From positions 376,944-440,943 of the forward strand of contig CAWFAR010000005.1 of NCBI GenBank assembly GCA_963813935.1: a DNA stretch of 64,000 bases, given 5' to 3'. Within the stretch, counting starts at the first letter, position 1. Every line of letters starts with the position of its first letter. Source of the DNA: an uncultured Actinomycetota bacterium. GTDB taxonomy: Bacteria; Actinomycetota; Actinomycetes; Mycobacteriales; Mycobacteriaceae. Of this stretch, positions 56,446 through 64,000 are shown in pieces. The notes below the pieces were generated by a model that was not told the origin of the DNA, made no database searches, and saw only the letters and a list, made by a program, of their open reading frames with translations. Position numbers and translations under genes: made by a program.

Positions 56446-57267
56446 ATGGCGCATAGGACGATTGTCATCACGGGAGCCAGTGACGGCATTGGTGCCGCGG
56501 CGGCCCGTCGGTTACGCCGCAGCGGCGAAAACGTTGTGGTGGCGGGACGGTCGGAAACGAAGACCGCCGCGGTTGCCGCAGAATTGGACGCCGACTATTT
56601 CGTGGCCGACTTTGCCGACCTGTCTCAGGTGCGAGCCTTGGCAGACAAAGTTCGTTCTCAGTACCCGCGTATCGACGTATTGGGCAACAACGCCGGCGGC
56701 ATGTTCACAAATATCCACAAGACGGTCGACGGTCACGAGATAAATTTCCAGGTCAACTACCTGGCGCCGTTTTTGCTCACCACGCAGTTGATGGAGTTGC
56801 TCGTCGATTCCCGTGCCACGGTCGTCAACACGTCCAGCTCGTCACAGAAACTGCTGCGCAAAGTCACCATCGCCGACTTTGAAACTACAGACCGGCGCCG
56901 GCCCAGCATTGCCTATGCGCTCGCGAAGCTGGCAAACATCTTGTTCACCAGGGAATTACATCGGCGGAACCACGCCGACGGCCTGTCGGTTGCGGTGGTC
57001 CACCCCGGCTACGTCAACACCAACTTCGGCGAGGCATCGGGATCATGGTTACTTCACTTTATGCGCCACACGCCGGTAGAGCGACTCACCGCGAGCGCAG
57101 ACGAGGGAGCCGACCAGTTGGTCTGGTTGGCGTCAAGTATGCCCGGTGTTGATTGGACGCCTGGCGAGTACTACTCGAAGGGCAAAATCGCGAAAACCAA
57201 CCGCGCGGCCTACGATCCCGTCCTTACACGCGAGTTGTGGGATCGCACTTTGGCCAAAATCGGTTAG
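56446..57267 (+). CDS. SDR-family oxidoreductase
   Basis: ATG 56446 follows GGAGGA. ITGASDGIGAAAA, NNAG and YALAK motifs are present. Confidence 0.8.
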   Translation: MAHRTIVITGASDGIGAAAARRLRRSGENVVVAGRSETKTAAVAAELDADYFVADFADLSQVRALADKVRSQYPRIDVLGNNAGGMFTNIHKTVDGHEINFQVNYLAPFLLTTQLMELLVDSRATVVNTSSSSQKLLRKVTIADFETTDRRRPSIAYALAKLANILFTRELHRRNHADGLSVAVVHPGYVNTNFGEASGSWLLHFMRHTPVERLTASADEGADQLVWLASSMPGVDWTPGEYYSKGKIAKTNRAAYDPVLTRELWDRTLAKIG

Positions 57268-57368
57268 GAGCGCGTCTCGTCCACCCCGAGAGTTACGTCG
57301 GCGTGACGGTGATTGCCGAGCGTCACGTCAGCGTGACCGAACGCGGGCGGTAAGTCTTCGGCGGCGAT

Positions 57369-57737
57369 GTGGTGCATTACGCACGAAACCCGCCCACTGC
57401 CTGGTCGAGACTCACGATGTATACCTCGATGCTCGACGCAAGCGACGGCTGCGGCCTGGACTTCGGCTCGCTGCGGGTCTGCATTACCTGCGGTCCGGCG
57501 ATGCCTGGGGACACGCGCTGCCGATATGAGGAACGGTTCGGCTGCATCGTACTGGAGGGGTACGCACTATCGGATCCGGCGCCAGCTGCCCGCTTCAACC
57601 AACCAGGCAAGCCGAGGCAAACCGCGGCGGCAATAGTCGAGGGCTGGCTTTGCAGCGGCGACACCGGCTTCGTTGACGAGGACGGCTACTTCTACATCGT
57701 CGATCGCGCCGGGACCCCATCGCCAGGTGTGGGCTAA
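57369..57737 (+). pseudogene. Fragment of an AMP-dependent acyl-CoA synthetase
   Basis: [36 protein letters not shown]...[24 protein letters not shown] covers only the A5-A8 region, with an internal gap. There is no N-terminal domain and no terminal GK motif. Confidence 0.65.
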
Positions 57738-58708
57738 GGCGTGAGCACGACCGAGCCGACGGTCTTGCGGCCCTGAAGGTCTCGGTGGGCTTGGGCCGCA
57801 TCGTTCAGTGGGTAATGGCCACTTACGGTCACCGTGATGGCGCCGTTGGCGATCGCGTCGAACAATTGGTTTGTGCGGCAGACGAACTCGTCACGTGTGC
57901 GCATGAAATGCGGCCGTGATGGGCGGGTCAGATACACCGAGCCGGCCGCGTTGAGCCGCTGCGGGTCCATCGGGGGCACCGGCCCGCTGGCCGCGCCAAA
58001 GAGCACGAGCGTGCCACGCACCGCCAGGCTGGCAAGGCTGGCGTCAAACGTCGACTTGCCCACGCCGTCGTAAACAGCCGCGACGCCCTCGCCGCCGCTG
58101 AGTTGTCGAACCGTGGCCGCGAACCGCTGGGGGTCGTCGGGATAGTCGAGCACCTCCGTCGCGCCGGCCCGGCGCGACAGCTCCTTCTTGTGCTCAGTCG
58201 ACGCGGTCGTGATGACCTGGGCCCCAAGGCTGGTCGCCCACTGCGTCAGGATCAGACCCACCCCGCCGGCACCGGCGTGCAGCAGCACGGTGTCACCCGA
58301 CTGCACGGGATACACCGACTTGATCAGCAGGTGGGCGGTCATCCCCTTGAGGATCGCCGCCGCGGCGACGTCGGAGGTCACCGTATCCGGCACCGACGCA
58401 ACAACATCGGCCGATGCGAGACAATACTCGGCGTAGGCACCGACGGCGTCGGCGGTCGCGACCCTGTCACCCACACGCAGCGCGGTCACACCTTCACCCA
58501 CCGCTGCCACGGTGCCGGCCACTTCGGCGCCGAGGACGAACGGCAGTTCATGCGGATACATCCCCGCCCGGAAATAGGTGTCGACGAAATTCACGCCGAT
58601 CGCCTCGGCCTTGATCACCACCTCACCAGGCCCGGGGGAGGGCTGCGGCGTCTCGACGAGGGCAAGAACCTCCGGTCCGCCGGTGTGCTCGACCTCAATC
58701 GCATACAT
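57734..58708 (-). CDS. NADPH:quinone oxidoreductase (zeta-crystallin/MDR family)
   Basis: Start at ATG 58708 ([15 protein letters not shown]). [13 protein letters not shown] and the C-terminal [11 protein letters not shown] are present. The long upstream part of the track ORF is spurious. Confidence 0.85.
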   Translation of the reverse strand: MYAIEVEHTGGPEVLALVETPQPSPGPGEVVIKAEAIGVNFVDTYFRAGMYPHELPFVLGAEVAGTVAAVGEGVTALRVGDRVATADAVGAYAEYCLASADVVASVPDTVTSDVAAAAILKGMTAHLLIKSVYPVQSGDTVLLHAGAGGVGLILTQWATSLGAQVITTASTEHKKELSRRAGATEVLDYPDDPQRFAATVRQLSGGEGVAAVYDGVGKSTFDASLASLAVRGTLVLFGAASGPVPPMDPQRLNAAGSVYLTRPSRPHFMRTRDEFVCRTNQLFDAIANGAITVTVSGHYPLNDAAQAHRDLQGRKTVGSVVLTP

Positions 58709-58833
58709 GTACAAGGATTCCAACGCGATATGCGGCAGCTGTCGATGGATTCTCTGACAACCTGTCGCCCGTCGCGCTGTGGGGATGTACAACGTGCCTT
58801 CCCGGCGGTGAATCGGTGGAGCCCTGGAAGAAT

Positions 58834-58867
58834 CCTGTGAGCATTCACAGGTTTGTGGGCGCTCACA
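58834..58867. promoter_or_regulatory. Two adjacent 14-bp palindromes of the form TGTGn-N4-nCACA
   Basis: CCTGTGA-GCAT-TCACAGG at 58834-58851 and TGTGG-GCGC-TCACA at 58854-58867, with centres 18 nt apart. They lie in the divergent qor / ThDP-decarboxylase intergenic region. Confidence 0.4.
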
Positions 58868-58993
58868 GCGACCGGCGGGAACGCTTGTTCCGCAAGACAT
58901 CGACAGCACCATCAGTTCTGACGAGTCTGATACCCGGAGCGCATTGCTGCGCGTGTCGAAGACTCGCCAAACGACGGAAGGACCGGCAGGACG

Positions 58994-60607
58994 ATGACAC
59001 ACGCGAAATCCGTGCACGAGGTGACCTACGACCTGCTTCGTGAGCTTGGGCTGACGACGGTGTTCGGTAACCCGGGTTCTACCGAGGAGACGTTCTTGAA
59101 GAATTTCCCTGACGACTTCACCTATGTCCTCGGGCTGCAGGAGGCGTCGGTGGTGGCCATGGCTGACGGATTCGCCCAGTCCACCGGCAAGCCCGCCTTG
59201 GTCAATGTGCACACCGCCGCGGGGATGGGAAACGCGATGGGCAACCTGGTGGCGGCGGCTAAGGGCAACACCCCGCTGATCGTCACGGCCGGTCAGCAGA
59301 CCCGCGAAATGGTTTTGTGCGAGCCATATCTGACCAACAAGGACGAAACTGTGTTTCCGCAGCCGTGGGTGAAGTGGGCGTATGAGCCCAAGCGCGCCGA
59401 GGACGTGCCAGCGGCGATCATGCGCGCCTACGCGGTGGCGTTACAGCCACCGGCCGGCCCGGTGTTTTTGTCGATCCCGCTTGATGACTGGGAGAAGCCC
59501 GCGCTGGGTCCGGCCGTGATCCGCACAGTGAGTCACCGGGTCAGCCCTGATGCCGAGCGGCTGCGCGGATTCGCCGAGCGCATCAACGGTGCGCAGCGGC
59601 CACTGCTGGTGTTTGGGCCGGAGGTCGATCGCAGCGGTGCCTGGGACGCCGGCGTGGCGTTCGCCGAGAAGGTTGGCGCGCCGGTATACAGCGGCCCGCT
59701 GCCCGACCGGGCATCCTTCCCCGAGGATCACCGGCTATTCCAGGGACAGCTGCCGATGACCATCGCCGGTGTCACCGAGGTGCTGCGCGGCCATGACCTG
59801 GTTGTGGTGATCGGGGCGCAAGTCTTCCGGTACTACCCCTACGTGGCCGGCGAGTACCTGCCCTCGGGCACCGAACTGCTGCAGATCACCGCCGATCCGG
59901 GACTGACTGGTGCGGCGCCGGTCGGTGACAGCGTGCTGGGGGACACGCTGCTGGCGTTGGAGCAACTGGTGAACATGGTCGATGATCACAGCGACCGGGC
60001 GGTGCCGACTAGACAGGTGTCCACCTCCGCGGTTGACGTGACCGGGTCGGCACCACTGGAGCCGGATGCGGTCTGGTCCACCTTGAGAACTGTCACGCCC
60101 GCCGATTCGCCGTTGGTCACCGAATCGACGTCGACGATGGCCCAACAACTGCGATTCCTGCCCAGCACCCGGCCGGGGTCGTTTTTCGCCACTGCCAGCG
60201 GCGGTATCGGCTGGGGGTTGCCCGCGGCGGTGGGTGTCGCCCTGGGAGACCGCGCCCGTGGCGTCAAGCGCCACGTGCTGGCCACCATCGGCGACGGGTC
60301 GTTCCAATACTCGGTGCAGGCCCTCTACACCGCCGCCCAACACCGGCTACCGATCGTGTTCGTCGCGATGCGCAACGGCGAATACTCGATCCTGAAGTCG
60401 TTCGCGGTGTTGGAGAAGACACCCGGCGTGCCGGCACTAGACTTGCCAGGCCTCGACATCGCCTCCCTCGCAACGGGTTTCGGGTGTCGCGCGGTCAATG
60501 TGGACAACTGCGAAAAGCTCGCCCACGAATTCAATGCCGCGCTGAAGGCCGACGGGCCCACCGTGATCGTAGTGCCGACCAAAGTGCAGGCCGCGCATCT
60601 GGGATAG
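58994..60607 (+). CDS. ThDP-dependent benzoylformate decarboxylase-like enzyme
   Basis: 537 aa. TTVFGNPGSTEETFL, the ThDP motif GDGSFQYS...N, and overall similarity to MdlC-type enzymes (from memory). Confidence 0.75.
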   Translation: MTHAKSVHEVTYDLLRELGLTTVFGNPGSTEETFLKNFPDDFTYVLGLQEASVVAMADGFAQSTGKPALVNVHTAAGMGNAMGNLVAAAKGNTPLIVTAGQQTREMVLCEPYLTNKDETVFPQPWVKWAYEPKRAEDVPAAIMRAYAVALQPPAGPVFLSIPLDDWEKPALGPAVIRTVSHRVSPDAERLRGFAERINGAQRPLLVFGPEVDRSGAWDAGVAFAEKVGAPVYSGPLPDRASFPEDHRLFQGQLPMTIAGVTEVLRGHDLVVVIGAQVFRYYPYVAGEYLPSGTELLQITADPGLTGAAPVGDSVLGDTLLALEQLVNMVDDHSDRAVPTRQVSTSAVDVTGSAPLEPDAVWSTLRTVTPADSPLVTESTSTMAQQLRFLPSTRPGSFFATASGGIGWGLPAAVGVALGDRARGVKRHVLATIGDGSFQYSVQALYTAAQHRLPIVFVAMRNGEYSILKSFAVLEKTPGVPALDLPGLDIASLATGFGCRAVNVDNCEKLAHEFNAALKADGPTVIVVPTKVQAAHLG

Positions 60608-60673
60608 CCGTTATGACCGAATCTCAGTAACCGGGACTGGCCAGTCCGAGCGAAGGCAAGGACGTAGCGATCT

Positions 60674-61759
60674 ATGTTTCACAAGCTCACCATCAACTCA
60701 ATTGCGGCGCGCGCGGTGCTCGTCCCGATGGCCCGGCCGCTGCGCACCGCGGCGGGTGACGTTCCCGCTGCGCCGCTTGTCCTTGTTGATGTCCACACAA
60801 ACGAGGGGATCGTCGGGCGTAGTTATACCTTCGCATACACGCCTCTGATGTTGCGCACGCTCGTGCAGTTCCTCCACGACGTTGCACCCGCGCTTGTCGG
60901 ACAGCCGGTTTCACCGCGCGAGCGCATGGGACAACTTGATGCGCAGTTGAAGCTGATGGGCATGCAGGGAATAGTCGGCATGGCCATCGGTGCCCTCGAC
61001 CAGGCGCTGTGGGATGCGCTTGGGCGCGCGGCCAATCTTCCGGTGGCGGTGCTGCTCGGCGGGGAGCTGAAACCGTTAGATGCCTATGACAGCTACGGAT
61101 TGGTGGACATCAAGACCGACCTTGCCTTGCTCGAGGCGTCGGTGGAAAGCGGCTTTGACGCGTTCAAGATCAAGCTCGGCGCCGGCGAGGTGGCCGATCA
61201 GGTCGCAACCGTTGCTGCCGTACGGAAGTTGATCGGGCCCAAGCGCAAGTTGATGGTCGACCTCAATCAGTCGCAGACGACGGCCAGCGCCATCGACCTC
61301 ATCTTGCGGCTGAAAGAGTTTGACCTGACCTGGGTTGAAGAACCGGTTGGCGCCGAGGATCTGAACGGCCATCGCGTCGTTCGTGAGGCCGTTCGCCCGG
61401 TTCCAATCCAAACCGGCGAGAACTGGTGGTTCCCCCGTGGGATGGCAAACGCCATTGCTGCCAAAGCCAGCGATCTAGCGATGGTCGACATGGTCAAGAT
61501 CGGTGGTGTCACCGGGTGGATCTCCGCCGCGGGGCAGGCCGAGGCGGCTTCCTTGCCGTTGTCGAGTCATAGCTACATCGAGGCAAGCGCGCACACGATG
61601 GCCTGCTCACCAACCGCATCCTGGTGCGAGTATCTCGACCTGGCCGGGGCCGTCCTCGCTGAGCCCTTGGTGCCCAACAACGGCGAAATAGTTGCCCGGG
61701 GACCCGGCCTTGGTCTCGACTGGGACGAGAAAGCCGTCCAGAAATACGCATTCCAGTGA
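60674..61759 (+). CDS. Mandelate racemase/muconate lactonizing enzyme (enolase superfamily) protein
   Basis: 361 aa. FKIKLG, MVDLNQS and WVEEPV are metal-ligand regions typical of the MR subgroup. Confidence 0.8.
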   Translation: MFHKLTINSIAARAVLVPMARPLRTAAGDVPAAPLVLVDVHTNEGIVGRSYTFAYTPLMLRTLVQFLHDVAPALVGQPVSPRERMGQLDAQLKLMGMQGIVGMAIGALDQALWDALGRAANLPVAVLLGGELKPLDAYDSYGLVDIKTDLALLEASVESGFDAFKIKLGAGEVADQVATVAAVRKLIGPKRKLMVDLNQSQTTASAIDLILRLKEFDLTWVEEPVGAEDLNGHRVVREAVRPVPIQTGENWWFPRGMANAIAAKASDLAMVDMVKIGGVTGWISAAGQAEAASLPLSSHSYIEASAHTMACSPTASWCEYLDLAGAVLAEPLVPNNGEIVARGPGLGLDWDEKAVQKYAFQ

Positions 61760-61882
61760 CGTATGAAACCGGGGTGAACCGCGCCGTCGCTTCACACGGC
61801 CCGCTCATCGTCAGCACAGACCAGACCCCGACGCCGGCGGCGCTGGCAGAAGCGATCGTCCAATTACCCAGGAGGAGTAAAG

Positions 61883-62279
61883 GTGCCTATCTATACCTGC
61901 ACAACGAATGAATCAACGTTGTCCGCCGACACCAAGAACGCACTGGCGGGTGAGATTGGGACCCTCCACTCGGAGATCAATCACGTGCCGAGTACCTATG
62001 TCAATGTGGTTTTCCACGAACTGCCCGCCGACAGCGTCTACACGGACGGTGTACCGGCCAGTCCAGTCCTCGTCAGCGGCTGGATACGCGAGGGCCACCC
62101 AAAAAACCGAGGTCACGCGCCTTGCCACCGAAATCGGCGCCGCCGTAACCCGAATAACGGGCGTCCCCGCCGAGCGGGTACTCGTAGTCTTTGAGAGCAG
62201 TCCGGCTAGTTTCGCTGTCGAAGGCGGGCGGGTCCTGCCCGAGCCCGGCGAGGAAGCGGCCTGGATCGCTGGCAGCTGA
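61883..62279 (+). pseudogene. Tautomerase-superfamily (4-OT / cis-CaaD-like) protein with a frameshift in an A6 run
   Basis: GTG 61883 follows AGGAGGAG and gives MPIYTCTT (Pro-1). The frame is lost at CCAAAAAAC (A run at 62101-62106). The expected continuation TEVTRLATEIGAAVTRITGVPAERVLVVFE... is in the +1 frame, ending at 62279. Confidence 0.65.
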
Positions 62280-62417
62280 GGAGGCAGGCCCGGTGTGTAC
62301 GCAGTGACACCTAATTCCTGCTGCTCGGCTAGCGCCTCCACATTCCAGTCGCGACCAGGGCGTGCGACGGTGCAGGTCGGCGTGGGCGCGACGTTGAACG
62401 CAGGCGAACTCACGTGA

Positions 62418-62815
62418 TGGGTTCGCAGCCTTGGGTTTCGGTGGCTGGCTGGTAGGGCGGATAGTCGGTGTATCCGTGCGGACCGGGTGCCCGGCAGGGT
62501 GCTCGGCGTGCTCGGTCTGGTCGTATCGGCGGCGAGATGGCGCGCATCGGAAGGGCTTTCGGCATGGATGTGACCGACTGGAGTCAGAACCTCACCCCGG
62601 ACGACCGGCGTTCGATGGGTCGGCCCGACGCAGAAGGCTTACAAGTTCCTCTTGCCTGCCGATCAGCCCGCATGATTCGTCCATCGCGATCACCGGCGCA
62701 GATGTCGTATGGCCGCGCCATTCCTTACCTCGATCCGGCCTGGCGTATCCGTCACTTCATATCATGCGTCGCCGGACAGGGCCGACAACAGATGCGCAGG
62801 CCAATCCGAAGATGA
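62418..62815 (+). pseudogene. Decayed D-isomer-specific 2-hydroxyacid dehydrogenase remnant
   Basis: The NAD-domain signature GRIGGEMARIGRAFGMDVTDWSQNLTPD lies at about 62519-62605. The preceding PGRVLGVLGLV is in a different frame. Downstream sequence degenerates across frames, and the N-terminal domain is absent. Confidence 0.5.
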
Positions 62816-62944
62816 AATATCAAGCATCACCACAGGTAATACATTCGGCACTACATGACCCAGTACCGGTCAACTCCTAAGATTGCATCATTACGGCGAT
62901 CCGGGCCGGCCAAACACTTTCACAAACCAAGGAAGAGGAAGCCC

Positions 62945-63385
62945 TTGCCAGGTATTCATCATGCCGCGATCTGCACCGCCGAAGTCGAACGCTCGAGGAA
63001 GTTTTGGCGCGACGGCCTGGGATTCACCGAGCTGTTCGACCACACCTTCACCGGCGATTGGCCAGAACTGTTCGGCGCCAAGACCGATCGGCTGCGGTCG
63101 ATCTTCCTGGGCGATCCACAGACACCCGATACCGGCATCGTTGAGCTGGTTGTCTTTGAGGGCGCCGACGACGCGTTAACTCCACCGCAGCGACCCCAGC
63201 ACGGATTCTTCTTGCTCTCCCTACAGCGTGACGTCCACGAGGGACTATCCGCGTTGGCCGCATTGGGTTTCACCGACGGTGTTCGTCGCATCACCGTTGC
63301 AGCCCCGGCCGGAAAGACGGTCGAGATGGCCGTCATCACCGCACCGGACGGCGTACTCGTCGAGTTGATCGGGCCCGCGCAATGA
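62945..63385 (+). CDS. VOC-family (glyoxalase/dioxygenase fold) protein
   Basis: TTG 62945 follows GGAAGAGGAAG. LPGIHHAAICTAEVERSRKFWRDGLGF is a VOC N-terminus. The ORF is open upstream to 62855. Confidence 0.65.
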   Translation: MPGIHHAAICTAEVERSRKFWRDGLGFTELFDHTFTGDWPELFGAKTDRLRSIFLGDPQTPDTGIVELVVFEGADDALTPPQRPQHGFFLLSLQRDVHEGLSALAALGFTDGVRRITVAAPAGKTVEMAVITAPDGVLVELIGPAQ

Positions 63386-64000
63386 GCGCCGCGAGTGCCT
63401 TGGTGACCGGTGGTGCGTCCGGAATCGGGCGCGAAGTCGCCGGACGGTTGCGCGATGCGGGCCACGACGTCGTGGTGTGGGACCTGTCCGGTGGCGATAT
63501 CGTTTGCGATGTCAGCGATCCCGATGCGGTGTCGACTGCGATGGAACGAACTGTACGCGAGCACGGCGCCCCTACCCGGGTGGTGACCTGCGCCGGAATC
63601 GGCGCGTCGGGCATGCTGCTGAAACAGTCACCCGCGGAGTGGGAACGGGTGTTGGCGGTGAACCTGACCGGCACCTGGCTGACGCTCCGCGCCGGAGCGC
63701 AAGCCATGGTCGAGGCCGGGGTGGGTGGTTCGATCGTTGCCGTCTCCAGTATCAGCGGCACGGTCGCCGACCGGGATATGGGCGCCTACTGCGTGTCGAA
63801 GGCGGGGGTGGACATGCTGGTGAAGGTCGCCGCAGTGGAGTGGGGCGGTTACGGCATCCGGGTGAACGCCGTTGGACCCGGTGTCACCCGAACACCGATG
63901 CTGCCGAATCCAGAAGCGCTGCCCGGCTGGGTGGAAGGCATGTCCGAGCGGACCGCGCTGGGCGGCTTGGGCGCGGCTGGTGACGTGGCCGGGGCCATCG
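63382..64000 (+). CDS. SDR-family oxidoreductase (partial; runs off the window)
   Basis: ATG 63382 overlaps the VOC stop (ATGA). Hand translation gives MSAASALVTGGASGIGREVA...YCVSKAG...GIRVNAVGPG. It is not in the track because no stop is reached. Confidence 0.75.
   Translation, partial: MSAASALVTGGASGIGREVAGRLRDAGHDVVVWDLSGGDIVCDVSDPDAVSTAMERTVREHGAPTRVVTCAGIGASGMLLKQSPAEWERVLAVNLTGTWLTLRAGAQAMVEAGVGGSIVAVSSISGTVADRDMGAYCVSKAGVDMLVKVAAVEWGGYGIRVNAVGPGVTRTPMLPNPEALPGWVEGMSERTALGGLGAAGDVAGAI

Noticed and set aside
58834-58867. Possible CRP (cAMP receptor protein) binding sites
   Set aside because: The half-sites TGTGA/TCACA match, but the spacer is 4 nt instead of the 6 nt in the CRP/CRP(Mt) consensus. 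They are kept only as unassigned palindromes.
62099-62107. Programmed -1 ribosomal frameshifting at A-AAA-AAC in the tautomerase gene
   Set aside because: The conserved C-terminus is in the +1 (equivalently -2) frame, not the -1 frame. I saw no obvious downstream stimulatory hairpin. A homopolymer indel is the simpler explanation.
1-64000. CRISPR arrays, IS elements or transposases, toxin-antitoxin pairs, restriction-modification or other defence genes, PKS/NRPS or RiPP biosynthetic genes
   Set aside because: I looked for spaced direct repeats, DDE or serine/tyrosine recombinase motifs, small paired ORFs and carrier or condensation domains, and found none. The only mobile-element signal is the decayed segment at 0.9-3.1 kb.

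Overview
The window is high-GC actinobacterial DNA and almost certainly mycobacterial. Supporting markers are a DesA3-type desaturase with its reductase partner, a mycothiol-dependent DinB-type enzyme, two F420-type LLM oxidoreductases, a mycofactocin-class SDR and an IdeR-like iron box. All family calls come from reading the supplied translations from memory. Nothing was searched or computed.

Layout:
- 1-3.5 kb: a gene-poor segment that looks like a decayed integrative element or prophage. It holds two copies of a tRNA 3-prime-end-like sequence, three clusters of helically phased heptamers, small ORFs and a winged-helix gene. There is no integrase.
- 3.5-11.9 kb: housekeeping or accessory redox genes. 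These are an NmrA-like protein, an FdhF/YdeP-type molybdoenzyme, a reductase plus desA3-like desaturase, an iron-box-preceded siderophore-interacting reductase and a kinase-fold phosphotransferase.
- 11.9-57 kb: a very dense CoA-thioester catabolic island. It contains 6 acyl-CoA dehydrogenases, 6 crotonases, 5 intact adenylate-forming ligases plus 1 fragment, 2 family-III CoA-transferases and 2 thiolase-type genes. It also holds 2 amidohydrolases, 2 P450s, a Rieske oxygenase, a BVMO-like flavoenzyme, 2 NTF2/SnoaL proteins, an alpha/beta hydrolase, 2 LLM oxidoreductases and a lone carboxyltransferase, with GntR and TetR regulators.
- 57-64 kb: a quinone oxidoreductase, then a partly decayed mandelate-pathway-like module (ThDP decarboxylase, enolase-superfamily racemase, tautomerase, 2-hydroxyacid dehydrogenase remnant), a VOC protein and a partial SDR.

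I found no rRNA, intact tRNA, CRISPR array, transposase or recognisable defence system.

The points most worth a second look are:
- the duplicated module of phased heptamers plus a tRNA-like end at the left edge;
- an AT-rich TTACAGTA(G/A)GCAAT-type motif that recurs in six promoter regions of the island;
- the tandem 3x ligase and 3x crotonase operon;
- the divergent Rieske and BVMO operons, which look like an alicyclic or terpenoid ring-opening route;
- at least eight gene-disrupting lesions, about half at short homopolymers. These could be genuine pseudogenisation or assembly errors.

I cannot claim a clearly novel system from sequence alone. Start codons are best guesses from SD spacing and gene overlaps.
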